From Candidatus Celaenobacter antarcticus (GTDB lineage Bacteria > Cloacimonadota > Cloacimonadia > JGIOTU-2): DNA of 64,000 nucleotides. Both the position numbers and the translations under genes were made by a program. Below, in pieces: positions 37,059-46,910 of the stretch. The stretch is taken from assembly GCA_030765865.1 (NCBI GenBank), contig JAVCDK010000035.1, forward strand, positions 291-64,290, in the 5' to 3' direction. The notes below the pieces were generated by a model. It was not told the origin of the DNA. It ran no database searches and worked only from the letters and a program-made list of their open reading frames with translations. Each line of letters starts with the position of its first letter. The first letter of the stretch is position 1.

Positions 37059-38069
37059 ATGAAATATTTAGTGACTGGTGGAGCCGGATTTATTGGCTCA
37101 AATATTGTTCGGGAGCTTCTAAACAGGGGAGAAAATGTCCGAGTTCTCGATAACTTCGCAACAGGAAAACGAGAAAATGTATTTTGTTTCAGGGATAATA
37201 AGAATTTTGAACTTATTGAAGGCGACCTGCGCAGCTTTCATACTGTAAGGGATGCGGTGCGAGAAGTTGATTATATTTTGCATCAAGGTGCCCTGCCTTC
37301 TGTTCCAAGATCAATTAACGACCCCATAACGACAAATGATGTTAATATATTAGGGACATTAAATATTTTGGAAGCTGCTCGGGAATTTGATGTGAAGAGA
37401 ATAGTATATGCTTCATCATCTTCTATATATGGCGATAGTGAAGAGCTTCATAAAAGAGAGGATATGTTCATTCAGCCGCTGTCACCCTATGCCCTTTCTA
37501 AATATACTGCAGAACGATATTGCCAGATTTTTACAAAAATTTACAATTTAGAATCTGTATGCCTTCGCTATTTTAACGTATTTGGACCAAATCAGGACCC
37601 ATATTCTCAATACAGCGCTGTGATACCTAAGTTCATAAAACTCATTTCAGAGAATAAACAACCCACGATTTATGGGGACGGAACACAATCAAGAGACTTC
37701 ACTTATGTTCAAAATATTGTTGAGGCCAATCTTCTAGCATGCGCTTCCCCGAACGCTGCAGGACAGGTGATTAATATCGCTTGTCAAACTAGTACTACAT
37801 TATTGGAGCTTGTTAAAATGATAAATGATTATCTTCATAAGGATGTTAGCCCCCAATTTGCTGAAGGTCGAAGCGGTGACGTAAAACATTCTTTAGCTTC
37901 AATTGAAAAAGCTGAAGATCTATTAGATTATAAAGTTGAAGTCACCTTTATGGATGGGTTATATAAAACTATAAATTTTTTACTTAATAACAAGAAAAAA
38001 AATGCTGAACCACGAAATACCAGTCTCCACTACGTTACGCCGAGGCAGGCACGAAACACACAAAATTAA
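37059..38069 (+). CDS. WbpP/TviC-like UDP-sugar 4-epimerase (SDR) with an atypical ~25-aa C-terminal tail
   Basis: VTGGAGFIGSN, LHQGALPSVPRS, SPYALSK and RYFNVFGPNQDP. The start is taken at MKYLVTGG (ATG 37059). Confidence 0.8.
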   Translation: MKYLVTGGAGFIGSNIVRELLNRGENVRVLDNFATGKRENVFCFRDNKNFELIEGDLRSFHTVRDAVREVDYILHQGALPSVPRSINDPITTNDVNILGTLNILEAAREFDVKRIVYASSSSIYGDSEELHKREDMFIQPLSPYALSKYTAERYCQIFTKIYNLESVCLRYFNVFGPNQDPYSQYSAVIPKFIKLISENKQPTIYGDGTQSRDFTYVQNIVEANLLACASPNAAGQVINIACQTSTTLLELVKMINDYLHKDVSPQFAEGRSGDVKHSLASIEKAEDLLDYKVEVTFMDGLYKTINFLLNNKKKNAEPRNTSLHYVTPRQARNTQN

Positions 38070-38162
38070 TAAAATAATGTTTGGAGAAATATTTTTTCTT
38101 AAAACCTATTTTCGTGTCTTTAGTGCTTTTCGTGGTAAAATTATTTATATGTAGGAGAAGTA

Positions 38163-39122
38163 ATGAAGATTTTAATTACAGGCGGTTCGGGATTTATAGG
38201 ATCATATCTTGCCGAGTACCTTTTGAAGAATGGACATTCTGTTGTGATTTTAGATAACCTTTCTACCGGACGATTATCAAATATAAGAAGCATATATCGG
38301 CATAAAAATCTTGAAGTACACATCGATACGATCTTCAATCGTGAACTGGTCGACAAATTAGTAAAAAGTTGCGATCAGATATACCATCTTGCAGCTGCCG
38401 TTGGAGTGCGTTTTATTGTTGACAATCCCGTTCAGACTATCGAGACAAATGTTGGAGGGTCAGAGATACTCCTTCAGGTTGCAAATAAATACAAGAAGAA
38501 GATTTTTATTGCCTCGACCTCCGAAGTATATGGAAAATCCGATGAGCTTCCTTTTAAAGAAGGTGCAATGAGGGTATATGGTCCTACAACAATTCGCAGA
38601 TGGTCCTATGCAGAGTCAAAGGCCATAGATGAGTTTCTTGCTTTGGCTTATCTTCATGAAAAGAAATTACCGGTTGTCATTGCTCGTTTGTTTAACACTG
38701 TTGGTCCCCGTCAATCAGGTCAGTACGGAATGGTTGTCCCGCGTTTTGTCCAACAGGCATTGCTTGATCATCCTATTACTGTTTATGGCGATGGAAAACA
38801 ATCCCGTTGTTTTGGTTATGTGGGAGATATCGTTGGAGCTATTGTAAAGCTAATGGATAATGATAAATGTATAGGACAAATATACAATATTGGTTCAAAT
38901 GAAGAAATTTCTATAAACGACCTGGCAAAAAAGGTTAAAGATCTCACAAATAGTAAATCCCAGATCAAACTTATTCCTTACGAAGAAGCATACGAGGAGG
39001 GCTTTGAGGATATGAAAAGAAGAATTCCCGATATCTCAAAAGCTGGAAGGGATATCAATTATAAACCCAAAGTATCTCTAAAAAGAATCTTACAGGAAAT
39101 CATTGAATACTATAAGAAATAA
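38163..39122 (+). CDS. NDP-sugar epimerase/dehydratase (UXS / ArnA-decarboxylase-like SDR)
   Basis: ITGGSGFIGSYL, STSEVYG, YAESK and RLFNTVGPRQ. Confidence 0.75.
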   Translation: MKILITGGSGFIGSYLAEYLLKNGHSVVILDNLSTGRLSNIRSIYRHKNLEVHIDTIFNRELVDKLVKSCDQIYHLAAAVGVRFIVDNPVQTIETNVGGSEILLQVANKYKKKIFIASTSEVYGKSDELPFKEGAMRVYGPTTIRRWSYAESKAIDEFLALAYLHEKKLPVVIARLFNTVGPRQSGQYGMVVPRFVQQALLDHPITVYGDGKQSRCFGYVGDIVGAIVKLMDNDKCIGQIYNIGSNEEISINDLAKKVKDLTNSKSQIKLIPYEEAYEEGFEDMKRRIPDISKAGRDINYKPKVSLKRILQEIIEYYKK

Positions 39123-39124
39123 GC

Positions 39125-39562
39125 ATGGAGTTCAAAAATAAGAAAGCTGCAAGGGATTACTATATTGAGAAAACCTATGAAGCAGGCATTGTACTTACTG
39201 GAAATGAAATCAAATCTATACGTGAAGGAAGAGTGAACTTTACAGATAGTTATGCCCGGGTGAAAGAAGGTGAGCTTTGGCTCGAAAACCTACATATAAG
39301 TCCCTATGATAAAGGTTTCAACTACGGTTATAATCCCAAGCGACCCAGAAAATTACTCATGCATAAATATGAAATACACAGGTTGGAAAATAAAACTGCT
39401 GAAAAAGGATACACCCTGATTCCCGTTTCTCTGTTTATAAACGAGAATGGATTAGCAAAAATAATTATCGGTCTTGCGAAGGGTAGACGAGCATATGAAA
39501 AACGTGACAAGATCAAAGCCCGGGATGCCGATCGCGAGATGGACCGAGCAATGCGAAGATAA
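39125..39562 (+). CDS. smpB: SsrA-binding protein SmpB
   Basis: 145 aa with YEAGIVLTGNEIKSIR, ISPYDKG and RPRKLLMHK. Confidence 0.95.
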   Translation: MEFKNKKAARDYYIEKTYEAGIVLTGNEIKSIREGRVNFTDSYARVKEGELWLENLHISPYDKGFNYGYNPKRPRKLLMHKYEIHRLENKTAEKGYTLIPVSLFINENGLAKIIIGLAKGRRAYEKRDKIKARDADREMDRAMRR

Positions 39563-39567
39563 GCACC

Positions 39568-40401
39568 ATGATTTGGATCTGGAATCCCGCAACCCATATA
39601 CAGCTCTGCAGGCAGGCGTTAACGAAAATGTCACCCTTTTTTAATGAGCTGATAAATGTATATCCTGAATATTTCGAACTTGGGATCATAGCTCCAGATA
39701 AATTATTCTGCGATACAACAAACCATTATTATAACTGTACTCCAAGTCCATCCGGCTATCATTATGGCAGCGTGGTAAAAAAAATAATAAAGGAAACAGT
39801 GCTCATCCAGGAGATGATAAAAAATCACGACTCACTAGTATATCATCCAAAATGTAATTCTTATTTAGCACATATTCTTGATAATCCTATTAAGACTCTT
39901 GTATTCGAACTTGGTGTGATTTCTCATTATATTGCCGATCTCCACCAACCTTTTCATACAGACGGGAAATACAGATTTGAATACGAAGAAGTGCCGCATA
40001 GGATCTACGAGGCAGATGTACGTAAGCATTTTAGCGAACTACATCTTGATATTGGTAAAAGAAGATACCACATTCGAAATCTTGAAGAATATTTTTATGA
40101 CACTATTTATAGGATCAATAAATCTTACGAACCGCTAATAAATTGTTATTTCCTCACTCCAAATAAAGTCAAAGCAGACAGGTGGGAAAAAGCAAGATCA
40201 AAAACTGAGAAATTTCTTTCTGAAGCAGCAAAATGTATCGCAAATATCTGGTTTTCATTTGAATCATATTTGAAGGTGTATAATAAACAGTTGAAAAATA
40301 TTTATTTAATGCAAGAACTGGATAAGGCAATCGCGTTGGATGGCAGCTATCACTTGATAAAATACAGTTCCGGAACAGTGAGCATACGGAGGAAAAAATG
40401 A
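39568..40401 (+). CDS. Zinc-dependent phospholipase C / S1-P1 nuclease superfamily-like protein
   Basis: N-terminal W..ATH and SHYIADLHQPFHT metal-ligand-type motifs. The assignment is tentative. Confidence 0.45.
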   Translation: MIWIWNPATHIQLCRQALTKMSPFFNELINVYPEYFELGIIAPDKLFCDTTNHYYNCTPSPSGYHYGSVVKKIIKETVLIQEMIKNHDSLVYHPKCNSYLAHILDNPIKTLVFELGVISHYIADLHQPFHTDGKYRFEYEEVPHRIYEADVRKHFSELHLDIGKRRYHIRNLEEYFYDTIYRINKSYEPLINCYFLTPNKVKADRWEKARSKTEKFLSEAAKCIANIWFSFESYLKVYNKQLKNIYLMQELDKAIALDGSYHLIKYSSGTVSIRRKK

Positions 40402-41078
40402 ATAATAATATAGTTATACAGATTGAGAACATCACGAAGATATATAAGATGGGAAAAGTTACTGTGCCCGCACTTGCAGGTATTGACCTTTCGATAGAAA
40501 AACACACTTATACTTCGATTATGGGACCTTCCGGTTCCGGCAAATCAACATTACTTCATATTTTGGGATGCCTTGATACACCAACTGAAGGTGAATATTA
40601 CCTTGATCACGAAAAGGTGAACGATATTAGTTACAATAAGTTAGCAGAAATTCGCAATAACAAGATCGGGTTTGTCTTTCAAGTTTTCAATCTTCTGCCG
40701 AACATGAATGTGCTTGAAAATGTTGAACTGCCGCTCATGTATGCCGGAGTTCATAAAAAAGAGAGGAAACAACGCGCAACTGAAGTTCTTGATAGAGTGG
40801 GACTTGGTCACCGCCTTAAACACAAACCTCAGGAATTGTCCGGTGGTGAGAGACAACGAACAGCCATTGCAAGAGCATTGGCGAATAATCCTTCCATCAT
40901 TCTTGCAGACGAGCCAACTGGCAACCTGGACAGCACTTCAGGAAGCAGTATAATGAAAATATTTTCCGATCTGCATGAGCGAGGGCATACAATCATCGTT
41001 GTAACACATGACAATAATATAGCGAAAATGACACAGCGCGTTATCAAGTTAAATGATGGGAAAGTCGTAAACTCATGA
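40398..41078 (+). CDS. ABC transporter ATP-binding protein (MacB/LolD type)
   Basis: Walker A GPSGSGKST, signature LSGGERQR and Walker B ILADEPTGNLD. Confidence 0.9.
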   Translation: MNNNIVIQIENITKIYKMGKVTVPALAGIDLSIEKHTYTSIMGPSGSGKSTLLHILGCLDTPTEGEYYLDHEKVNDISYNKLAEIRNNKIGFVFQVFNLLPNMNVLENVELPLMYAGVHKKERKQRATEVLDRVGLGHRLKHKPQELSGGERQRTAIARALANNPSIILADEPTGNLDSTSGSSIMKIFSDLHERGHTIIVVTHDNNIAKMTQRVIKLNDGKVVNS

Positions 41079-42301
41079 GCATATTTTATAATATACGACT
41101 CGGTATTGTTGATATGGTCCACAATGTTGGGCGAACTTTGATAACAATGCTTGGAGTAATCCTTGGCACGATGTCTATTATTGCTGTTCTCGCGCTTGTG
41201 CAGGGCGGTCGGGAACAGTCAATTCGCTGGCTTGAAGAGCGTGGTGGAGTGCTCAAGCTTTCAATCGATACGAAGTGGACATTTGACCTCGATGAACGCT
41301 CACAGATTCGTGATCAGCGCTTGATGCTTAAAGATATGAGACTTATAAGAAATTATTTCCCAGATCTTTTGAATTTCAGCCCGGAAAATTCAAAATGGCT
41401 TCAAATGAAGTACAAAGATAAAAATTATTCTACTCGTGTGAATGGTGTTTACCCTGCATATCAGGAAGCAGAAAATTTCAGCATAGGAGAGGGAAGGTTT
41501 ATTTCTGAATTTGATATTGAGCAAGCAAGCCGAGTTATTGCAATTGGGGTTAGGGTTAAGGATGCCCTTTTTGGCAAAGAAAATGCTTTGGGGAAGAACA
41601 TTATCATCAGCAATAATCAGTTCAAGGTTATTGGAATCATGGAAGAGAAAAAGATGGAAATGTCTGGATGGGGCGGTCACAATCCAATGGATTGGCTGAA
41701 CCGTCAATCTTTCATTCCACTTACTACAATGCTCAAAAAACTATTTGCAGATGAACCGATAGACGAGATCAACTTTCAGGTCGCTTCTTCAGAAATGGTA
41801 AAACCAACTCAGGATAGATTGAACCAATTTCTTAAAGCTCTACGCGGCGGCGAGGAGATATTTGAAGTCCGGGCAAACAGTGACAGACTTGAAAACATTC
41901 AAAAGAATTCCAATGACACTCAACTGATTCTTATGATCATTGGCGGTATTTCTTTGATTGTTGGCGGTATCGTCATCACCAATATCAGTCTCGCCTCGGT
42001 AAAAGAACGTTTGCGCGAAATCGGTGTTCGAATGGCAGTTGGCGCTAAAAGAAAGGATATACTCGTCCAGTTCTTGATCCAAACAACTTTTATGAGTCTG
42101 ATCGGAGGAATAATCGGAGTTTTAATGGGATTATCACTTCTACAAGCGCTCGAGAAATTTCTCTCTTCACCAACCTCGGCAAATCCAAATATGATAATTA
42201 TTGCACTTGTTCTGTCCGTCGGAGTTGGCTTTATTGCGGGTTTCTTCCCAGCTATGCAGGCGAGTAGATCAGACCCAATTAAAATTTTGCGATACGAGTA
42301 A
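41075..42301 (+). CDS. ABC transporter permease (MacB/FtsX-like, large periplasmic domain)
   Basis: MacB_PCD-like region followed by a C-terminal FtsX 3-TM module (ERLREIGVRMAVGAKRKDI). Confidence 0.85.
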   Translation: MSIFYNIRLGIVDMVHNVGRTLITMLGVILGTMSIIAVLALVQGGREQSIRWLEERGGVLKLSIDTKWTFDLDERSQIRDQRLMLKDMRLIRNYFPDLLNFSPENSKWLQMKYKDKNYSTRVNGVYPAYQEAENFSIGEGRFISEFDIEQASRVIAIGVRVKDALFGKENALGKNIIISNNQFKVIGIMEEKKMEMSGWGGHNPMDWLNRQSFIPLTTMLKKLFADEPIDEINFQVASSEMVKPTQDRLNQFLKALRGGEEIFEVRANSDRLENIQKNSNDTQLILMIIGGISLIVGGIVITNISLASVKERLREIGVRMAVGAKRKDILVQFLIQTTFMSLIGGIIGVLMGLSLLQALEKFLSSPTSANPNMIIIALVLSVGVGFIAGFFPAMQASRSDPIKILRYE

Positions 42302-42304
42302 CTC

Positions 42305-43330
42305 ATGAAAAAGGGTTTAATAAAATTCTGGAAAAATCTCAAAATAATCTATTCCAATTTTACTGAAGATCAGGCATTTTTAAGAGCAACAGGACTGTCT
42401 TACATAACTTTTCTGGCATTCATGCCTTTCATCATGGTGATATTTCTTTTTACACCAAATATCACTGTAATTAGGATAAAAGATGTTTTTCTCAATTTTA
42501 TTTTTACCACCTTCATACCTCAATCTGCAGAGGTGCTCAAGGAAATCTTTAATGAGATGCTTGCACGAAGAACAGGGCTTGATGTGATCGGTGTTATATT
42601 ACTTGTTTTGACATCTTTTTTTCTTTTTAAATCAATTTCGCATACTTTTGATAAGATATTACGGGCTCCTAAACTGAGGGAAAGGTCTGTTTTAAGAGAC
42701 TTTGAACGTTTCATAGCGGCGATTGTTGGAGGATTTATCGTGCTTGCTGCATTAATTGTTGCTGCATCGATCCCTATGATTAGCCAGATTATTAAGATTG
42801 GAATATTTATTAAGCTTCTTCCTTACTTAAGTATGATACTACTCATCTTTACTATGTATGAGGTTATCTCTTCAGTACATCCAAAAGTGATCCATGCCCT
42901 GATTGGGGCAGTATTTACAAGTATAATATGGTCAATAGGTAAAGGTGGTTTTGACTGGTATATTGCGACTTTTACGAACGTTCGTTCTGTATATGGTACA
43001 CTTGGGGCATTTCCGATTTTTCTCATATGGCTCTATTTTACTTGGCTTACAATTCTTTTTGGAATGGAAATTGTCGCATTCTTGTCCGGAAGAACCGGTA
43101 CGAAAAAGGTTGAAGAGAAACCTGGTAGCACAATTGCATTGACCTTATCCTTGGAAAAAAGGGTGCCAGGGGAACTTGCACAAGAGATAAAAAAAATTCA
43201 GAAAACAAAAAAACAAATAGATAATAAAACTTTTATGAAGTTAGTAAAAGAAATAATAAGTCCGCCTAAAAAAGAGAACGAAAAAAAACCGGATGGAGAA
43301 AAGGAATCCCATGAGCTACAAGAGAAGTGA
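42305..43330 (+). CDS. YihY/BrkB family membrane protein
   Basis: A polytopic ORF with a YihY-like N-terminus (RATGLSYITFLAFMPF) and a Lys/Glu-rich tail. Confidence 0.7.
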   Translation: MKKGLIKFWKNLKIIYSNFTEDQAFLRATGLSYITFLAFMPFIMVIFLFTPNITVIRIKDVFLNFIFTTFIPQSAEVLKEIFNEMLARRTGLDVIGVILLVLTSFFLFKSISHTFDKILRAPKLRERSVLRDFERFIAAIVGGFIVLAALIVAASIPMISQIIKIGIFIKLLPYLSMILLIFTMYEVISSVHPKVIHALIGAVFTSIIWSIGKGGFDWYIATFTNVRSVYGTLGAFPIFLIWLYFTWLTILFGMEIVAFLSGRTGTKKVEEKPGSTIALTLSLEKRVPGELAQEIKKIQKTKKQIDNKTFMKLVKEIISPPKKENEKKPDGEKESHELQEK

Positions 43331-44054
43331 TAATAGAAAAGTTGATCAACTACGAAATTTCAAGATCACAAGAAACTATCTCAATGACCCCGAGGGATCT
43401 GTTCTTGTTGAGCTGGGAAACACCAAAGTGATCTGTACTGCAACCATCGATCATAAGGTCCCACAATTTATTCGAGAAAGTGGCGCCAAACACGGATGGC
43501 TAACAGCGGAATATGATATGCTCCCTCGAAGTGCGAACAGGCGGATCCTTCGAGACAGATATCAGGGCAAGATAAAAGGGAGAAGCCAGGAGATCCAACG
43601 ATTGATTGGACGTTCTCTACGAGCTGTATTCGATTTAACACAGATACCTGACAAACAAATAATATTGGATTGTGATGTCATTCAAGCAGATGGCGGTACG
43701 CGAACTGCTGCGATCAACGGTAGCTTCATGGCATTATATGATGCCTGTTCATTCATGAGAGAAAGAAAATGGATTAAGGAGTTTCCAATCAAAAATTTCA
43801 TTGGAGCTATCAGTACAGGTATCGTTCAGGATACTGTTTTGTTGGATCTTGCTTATGATGAGGACTTGGCAGCACAGGTTGATATGAACATTGTGATGGA
43901 TGAAAACGGTAAATTTATTGAAGTTCAGGGAACGAGTGAGGAAACACCTTTTAGTCATGATCAGCTTCAGAAAATGCTGAAATATGCAGAAAAGGGTATT
44001 AAAGAGATCATTGATTACCAGAAAGAATTAATACTTAAAGGACTGACATCATGA
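43311..44054 (+). CDS. rph: Ribonuclease PH
   Basis: SVLVELGNTKVICTA, GRSQEIQRLIGRSLR and DCDVIQADGGTRTAAI. The start could also be 43293. Confidence 0.9.
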   Translation: MSYKRSDNRKVDQLRNFKITRNYLNDPEGSVLVELGNTKVICTATIDHKVPQFIRESGAKHGWLTAEYDMLPRSANRRILRDRYQGKIKGRSQEIQRLIGRSLRAVFDLTQIPDKQIILDCDVIQADGGTRTAAINGSFMALYDACSFMRERKWIKEFPIKNFIGAISTGIVQDTVLLDLAYDEDLAAQVDMNIVMDENGKFIEVQGTSEETPFSHDQLQKMLKYAEKGIKEIIDYQKELILKGLTS

Positions 44055-45937
44055 TGAATGTGAGATTTTCAATTGAGCGTCTGACTGAATTAAGTAGAAT
44101 CTGCAAAGGCGATATCATTAAGATGACAACTATTGCGAAGAGCGGACATCCCGGTGGTTCCATGTCATCTCTCGATCTGTATCTTGCGCTATATGCTTAT
44201 GCAAATATTACTCCCGAAAACCGCTTGAAGGAAAATCGAGATAGAGTTGTGATAAGTCACGGGCATACCGCTCCCGGTATTTATTCTGTTCTCGGACGTT
44301 TGGAATTTTTTAATATTGATAATGCTATTGCATATTTCAGAAAAGCCGGGAGTATCTTTGAAGGACATATAGAACCGGAAGTGCCTGGCATTGAATGGGC
44401 AACTGGTAATCTCGGGCAAGGACTCTCTGCGGGAGCAGGATTTGCATTGGCAGGTAAACAAAAGGGTTTAGACTATAATGTTTATGTGTGCATGGGGGAT
44501 GGAGAGCAGCAGAAGGGACAATTGACCGAAGCACGCAGATTTGCAAAAAAGTATGGTCTTTCAAACATTACTGCCCTCGTTGATTATAATCAACTCCAAA
44601 TTAGCGGCAGCGTTCATGATGTGATGCCTCAGAATATCAAAGCTAATTATGAATCCGACAGCTGGGATGTACTAGAGATTAACGGACATGATTTTAATGA
44701 AATATTTAGAGCACTGGATAAAGCAAATGCTAATGATAATCCGACTGTAATAATTGCTCACACTGTTATGGGGCACGGAGTACCATTCATGGAAAATGAT
44801 GAAGGATTTCACGGGAAAGCTCTCGCTTATGATGAATGTGGAAAAGCACTCGAGCAGCTTGGATTAGAAAACGATCTGGATAAATATATCAAAATGAGGG
44901 AAGGATTTGTTTCTCCTGATCCGGAAATATTTCATCCAAACTATCCACATATAAGGAGGGGCGATAGTATTTTTTATTCAAAAGAAAAACCCGTTGCTTG
45001 CAGAAATGCTTATGGAACAGCACTTGCTGATCTGGCTCAGAAAAACAAAAATACGCAATTTGCCGTTTTTGATTGCGATCTTGCAGGTTCTGTGAAAACT
45101 TCTCAATTTGCAAAGGAAAATCCATGCAAATTTTATCAGGGTGGTATTCAGGAACATAATACCGCAGTGATAGCCGGGGTGATGTCAAAAGAAAATGTCG
45201 TGACCTTTTTTTCTGATTTTGGTGTGTTCGGGGTTGATGAAACCTACAACCAGCAGCGGCTGAATGATATAAACAAAACCAATTTAAAGCTCGTAACAAC
45301 TCATGTCGGTCTGAATGTCGGCGAAGACGGTAAAACTCATCAATGTATTGATTACATTTCTTTAATGAGCAATTTGTATGGTTTCAGAATTATCATTCCT
45401 GCGGATGCGAACCAGGCAGATAAAATTATTCGATATATTTCATCGATGTCAGGCAATTTCTACGTTCCAATAGGTAGATCAGGTACCGATATTATCACTG
45501 ATGAACAGGGAAATGAAATTTATGGAAAAAACTATATGTTCCGATATGGTTCAGCAGACCACCTTCGGGAAGGAAATGGTGCTGCTTTGATCGCAACCGG
45601 AGTCATGGTCGAGAAAGCACTGAAGGTTCATGAAATATTAAAAAAGCAAAGAATTTCAATCGATGTCTGGAACATATCTTCAATATCTGAGATTCAGGGA
45701 GATGATCTCAAGAAAATTGCAATGCATAAAAACATTTTTACTTATGAAGACCATAATGTCAATACCGGGATGGGTTCGATCGTTGCATCAAAAATGAATC
45801 AATTCCATTTAGATGCATATGTTCATCCGTTCGGAGTAACTCATTACGGCGTTTCCGGAAGCAGTGAAGATGTATATGCATATTTTCATCTTGATCCCGA
45901 TTCAGTTGCTGAAAAAATTACTACATTTATCAAATGA
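44051..45937 (+). CDS. tkt: Transketolase (single-chain short form)
   Basis: SGHPGGSMS, GNLGQGLS and CMGDGEQQKG thiamine-diphosphate motifs, plus a C-terminal pyrimidine-binding/transketolase C region. Confidence 0.85.
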   Translation: MMNVRFSIERLTELSRICKGDIIKMTTIAKSGHPGGSMSSLDLYLALYAYANITPENRLKENRDRVVISHGHTAPGIYSVLGRLEFFNIDNAIAYFRKAGSIFEGHIEPEVPGIEWATGNLGQGLSAGAGFALAGKQKGLDYNVYVCMGDGEQQKGQLTEARRFAKKYGLSNITALVDYNQLQISGSVHDVMPQNIKANYESDSWDVLEINGHDFNEIFRALDKANANDNPTVIIAHTVMGHGVPFMENDEGFHGKALAYDECGKALEQLGLENDLDKYIKMREGFVSPDPEIFHPNYPHIRRGDSIFYSKEKPVACRNAYGTALADLAQKNKNTQFAVFDCDLAGSVKTSQFAKENPCKFYQGGIQEHNTAVIAGVMSKENVVTFFSDFGVFGVDETYNQQRLNDINKTNLKLVTTHVGLNVGEDGKTHQCIDYISLMSNLYGFRIIIPADANQADKIIRYISSMSGNFYVPIGRSGTDIITDEQGNEIYGKNYMFRYGSADHLREGNGAALIATGVMVEKALKVHEILKKQRISIDVWNISSISEIQGDDLKKIAMHKNIFTYEDHNVNTGMGSIVASKMNQFHLDAYVHPFGVTHYGVSGSSEDVYAYFHLDPDSVAEKITTFIK

Positions 45938-45999
45938 CATTTACTATTTCGTGTGAACAGTTTTTATGTGAGGAGTTACAAAATCACATATAAGTATTT

Positions 46000-46884
46000 A
46001 TGGATTACATGCTGAAATTTATCAAAAATTATGAAACAACTCGAAGGAATTTAAACGAGAAATTCACTAAATTCTACATTTATAATTTGCGTATTTTATA
46101 TTATCGAATATTCATCAGAGTCAAATATACACTATTGATAAAATTACATTTAATGAATTTGTTCCATAACTATCTATTCATCTCCGCTGATATAGAAACA
46201 TACGGTTATTGTAATCGCACGTGTGAATTTTGTTTTAATAATCCAAAATTTCCCCAAAGAGAAAAGGGAATAATGTCTGTATCTTTGTGGAAGAAGATCA
46301 TTAATGAACTGTCTGAACTAAATTACTTTGGTCGGATATCACCACATTTCTATGGAGAACCTTTGCTGGATAAAAGATTAGTTAATCTTATTACTTACGC
46401 AAGAGCAAAGTGTCCCAATGCATATATTCTTATCGATACAAATGGTGATTATCTCAATGAAGATATAATGAGACGGTTGATTTCAAGTGGTGTAAATAAA
46501 TTTTTTGTTACAAGTTATGATGAATCGATACCAGCACATCTAAGAGAGCTAAGAGGTAAATTTCCTGTTCATGTCAGTTTAAGAAGTTATCTTGATTTTG
46601 AAAAGGTTAACAGATCGGGGAAAATATTTGATGTAAAAACTATTAGTAATAAAATATGTTATAATCCCACTTTTCAGCTTATCATTAATTGGCAAGGATA
46701 TGTTTTGCTATGCTGTATGGATTATTACAAAGGACTTACGTTCGGTAATGTGAAAGATTTCAGCATTCTCGATATTTGGTCAAGTGAAAGATTTCTGGAT
46801 AGTCGGATACAGCTGAGAAAAGGAAATCGAGAATCGATTTCTATTTGTAAATATTGTGACTATGCAGGTACTATTCCATGGTAG
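46000..46884 (+). CDS. Radical SAM protein with a Cys-rich (SPASM-like) C-terminus
   Basis: CNRTCEFC (CX3CX2C), and C-terminal Cys residues (LLCCMDYY, ICKYCDY). The true start is probably internal (for example Met52 at 46153), because the first ~50 codons are AT-rich and low-complexity. Confidence 0.7.
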   Translation: MDYMLKFIKNYETTRRNLNEKFTKFYIYNLRILYYRIFIRVKYTLLIKLHLMNLFHNYLFISADIETYGYCNRTCEFCFNNPKFPQREKGIMSVSLWKKIINELSELNYFGRISPHFYGEPLLDKRLVNLITYARAKCPNAYILIDTNGDYLNEDIMRRLISSGVNKFFVTSYDESIPAHLRELRGKFPVHVSLRSYLDFEKVNRSGKIFDVKTISNKICYNPTFQLIINWQGYVLLCCMDYYKGLTFGNVKDFSILDIWSSERFLDSRIQLRKGNRESISICKYCDYAGTIPW

Positions 46885-46910
46885 TACAAATTAGCGAAAA
46901 TTGTTAATTA

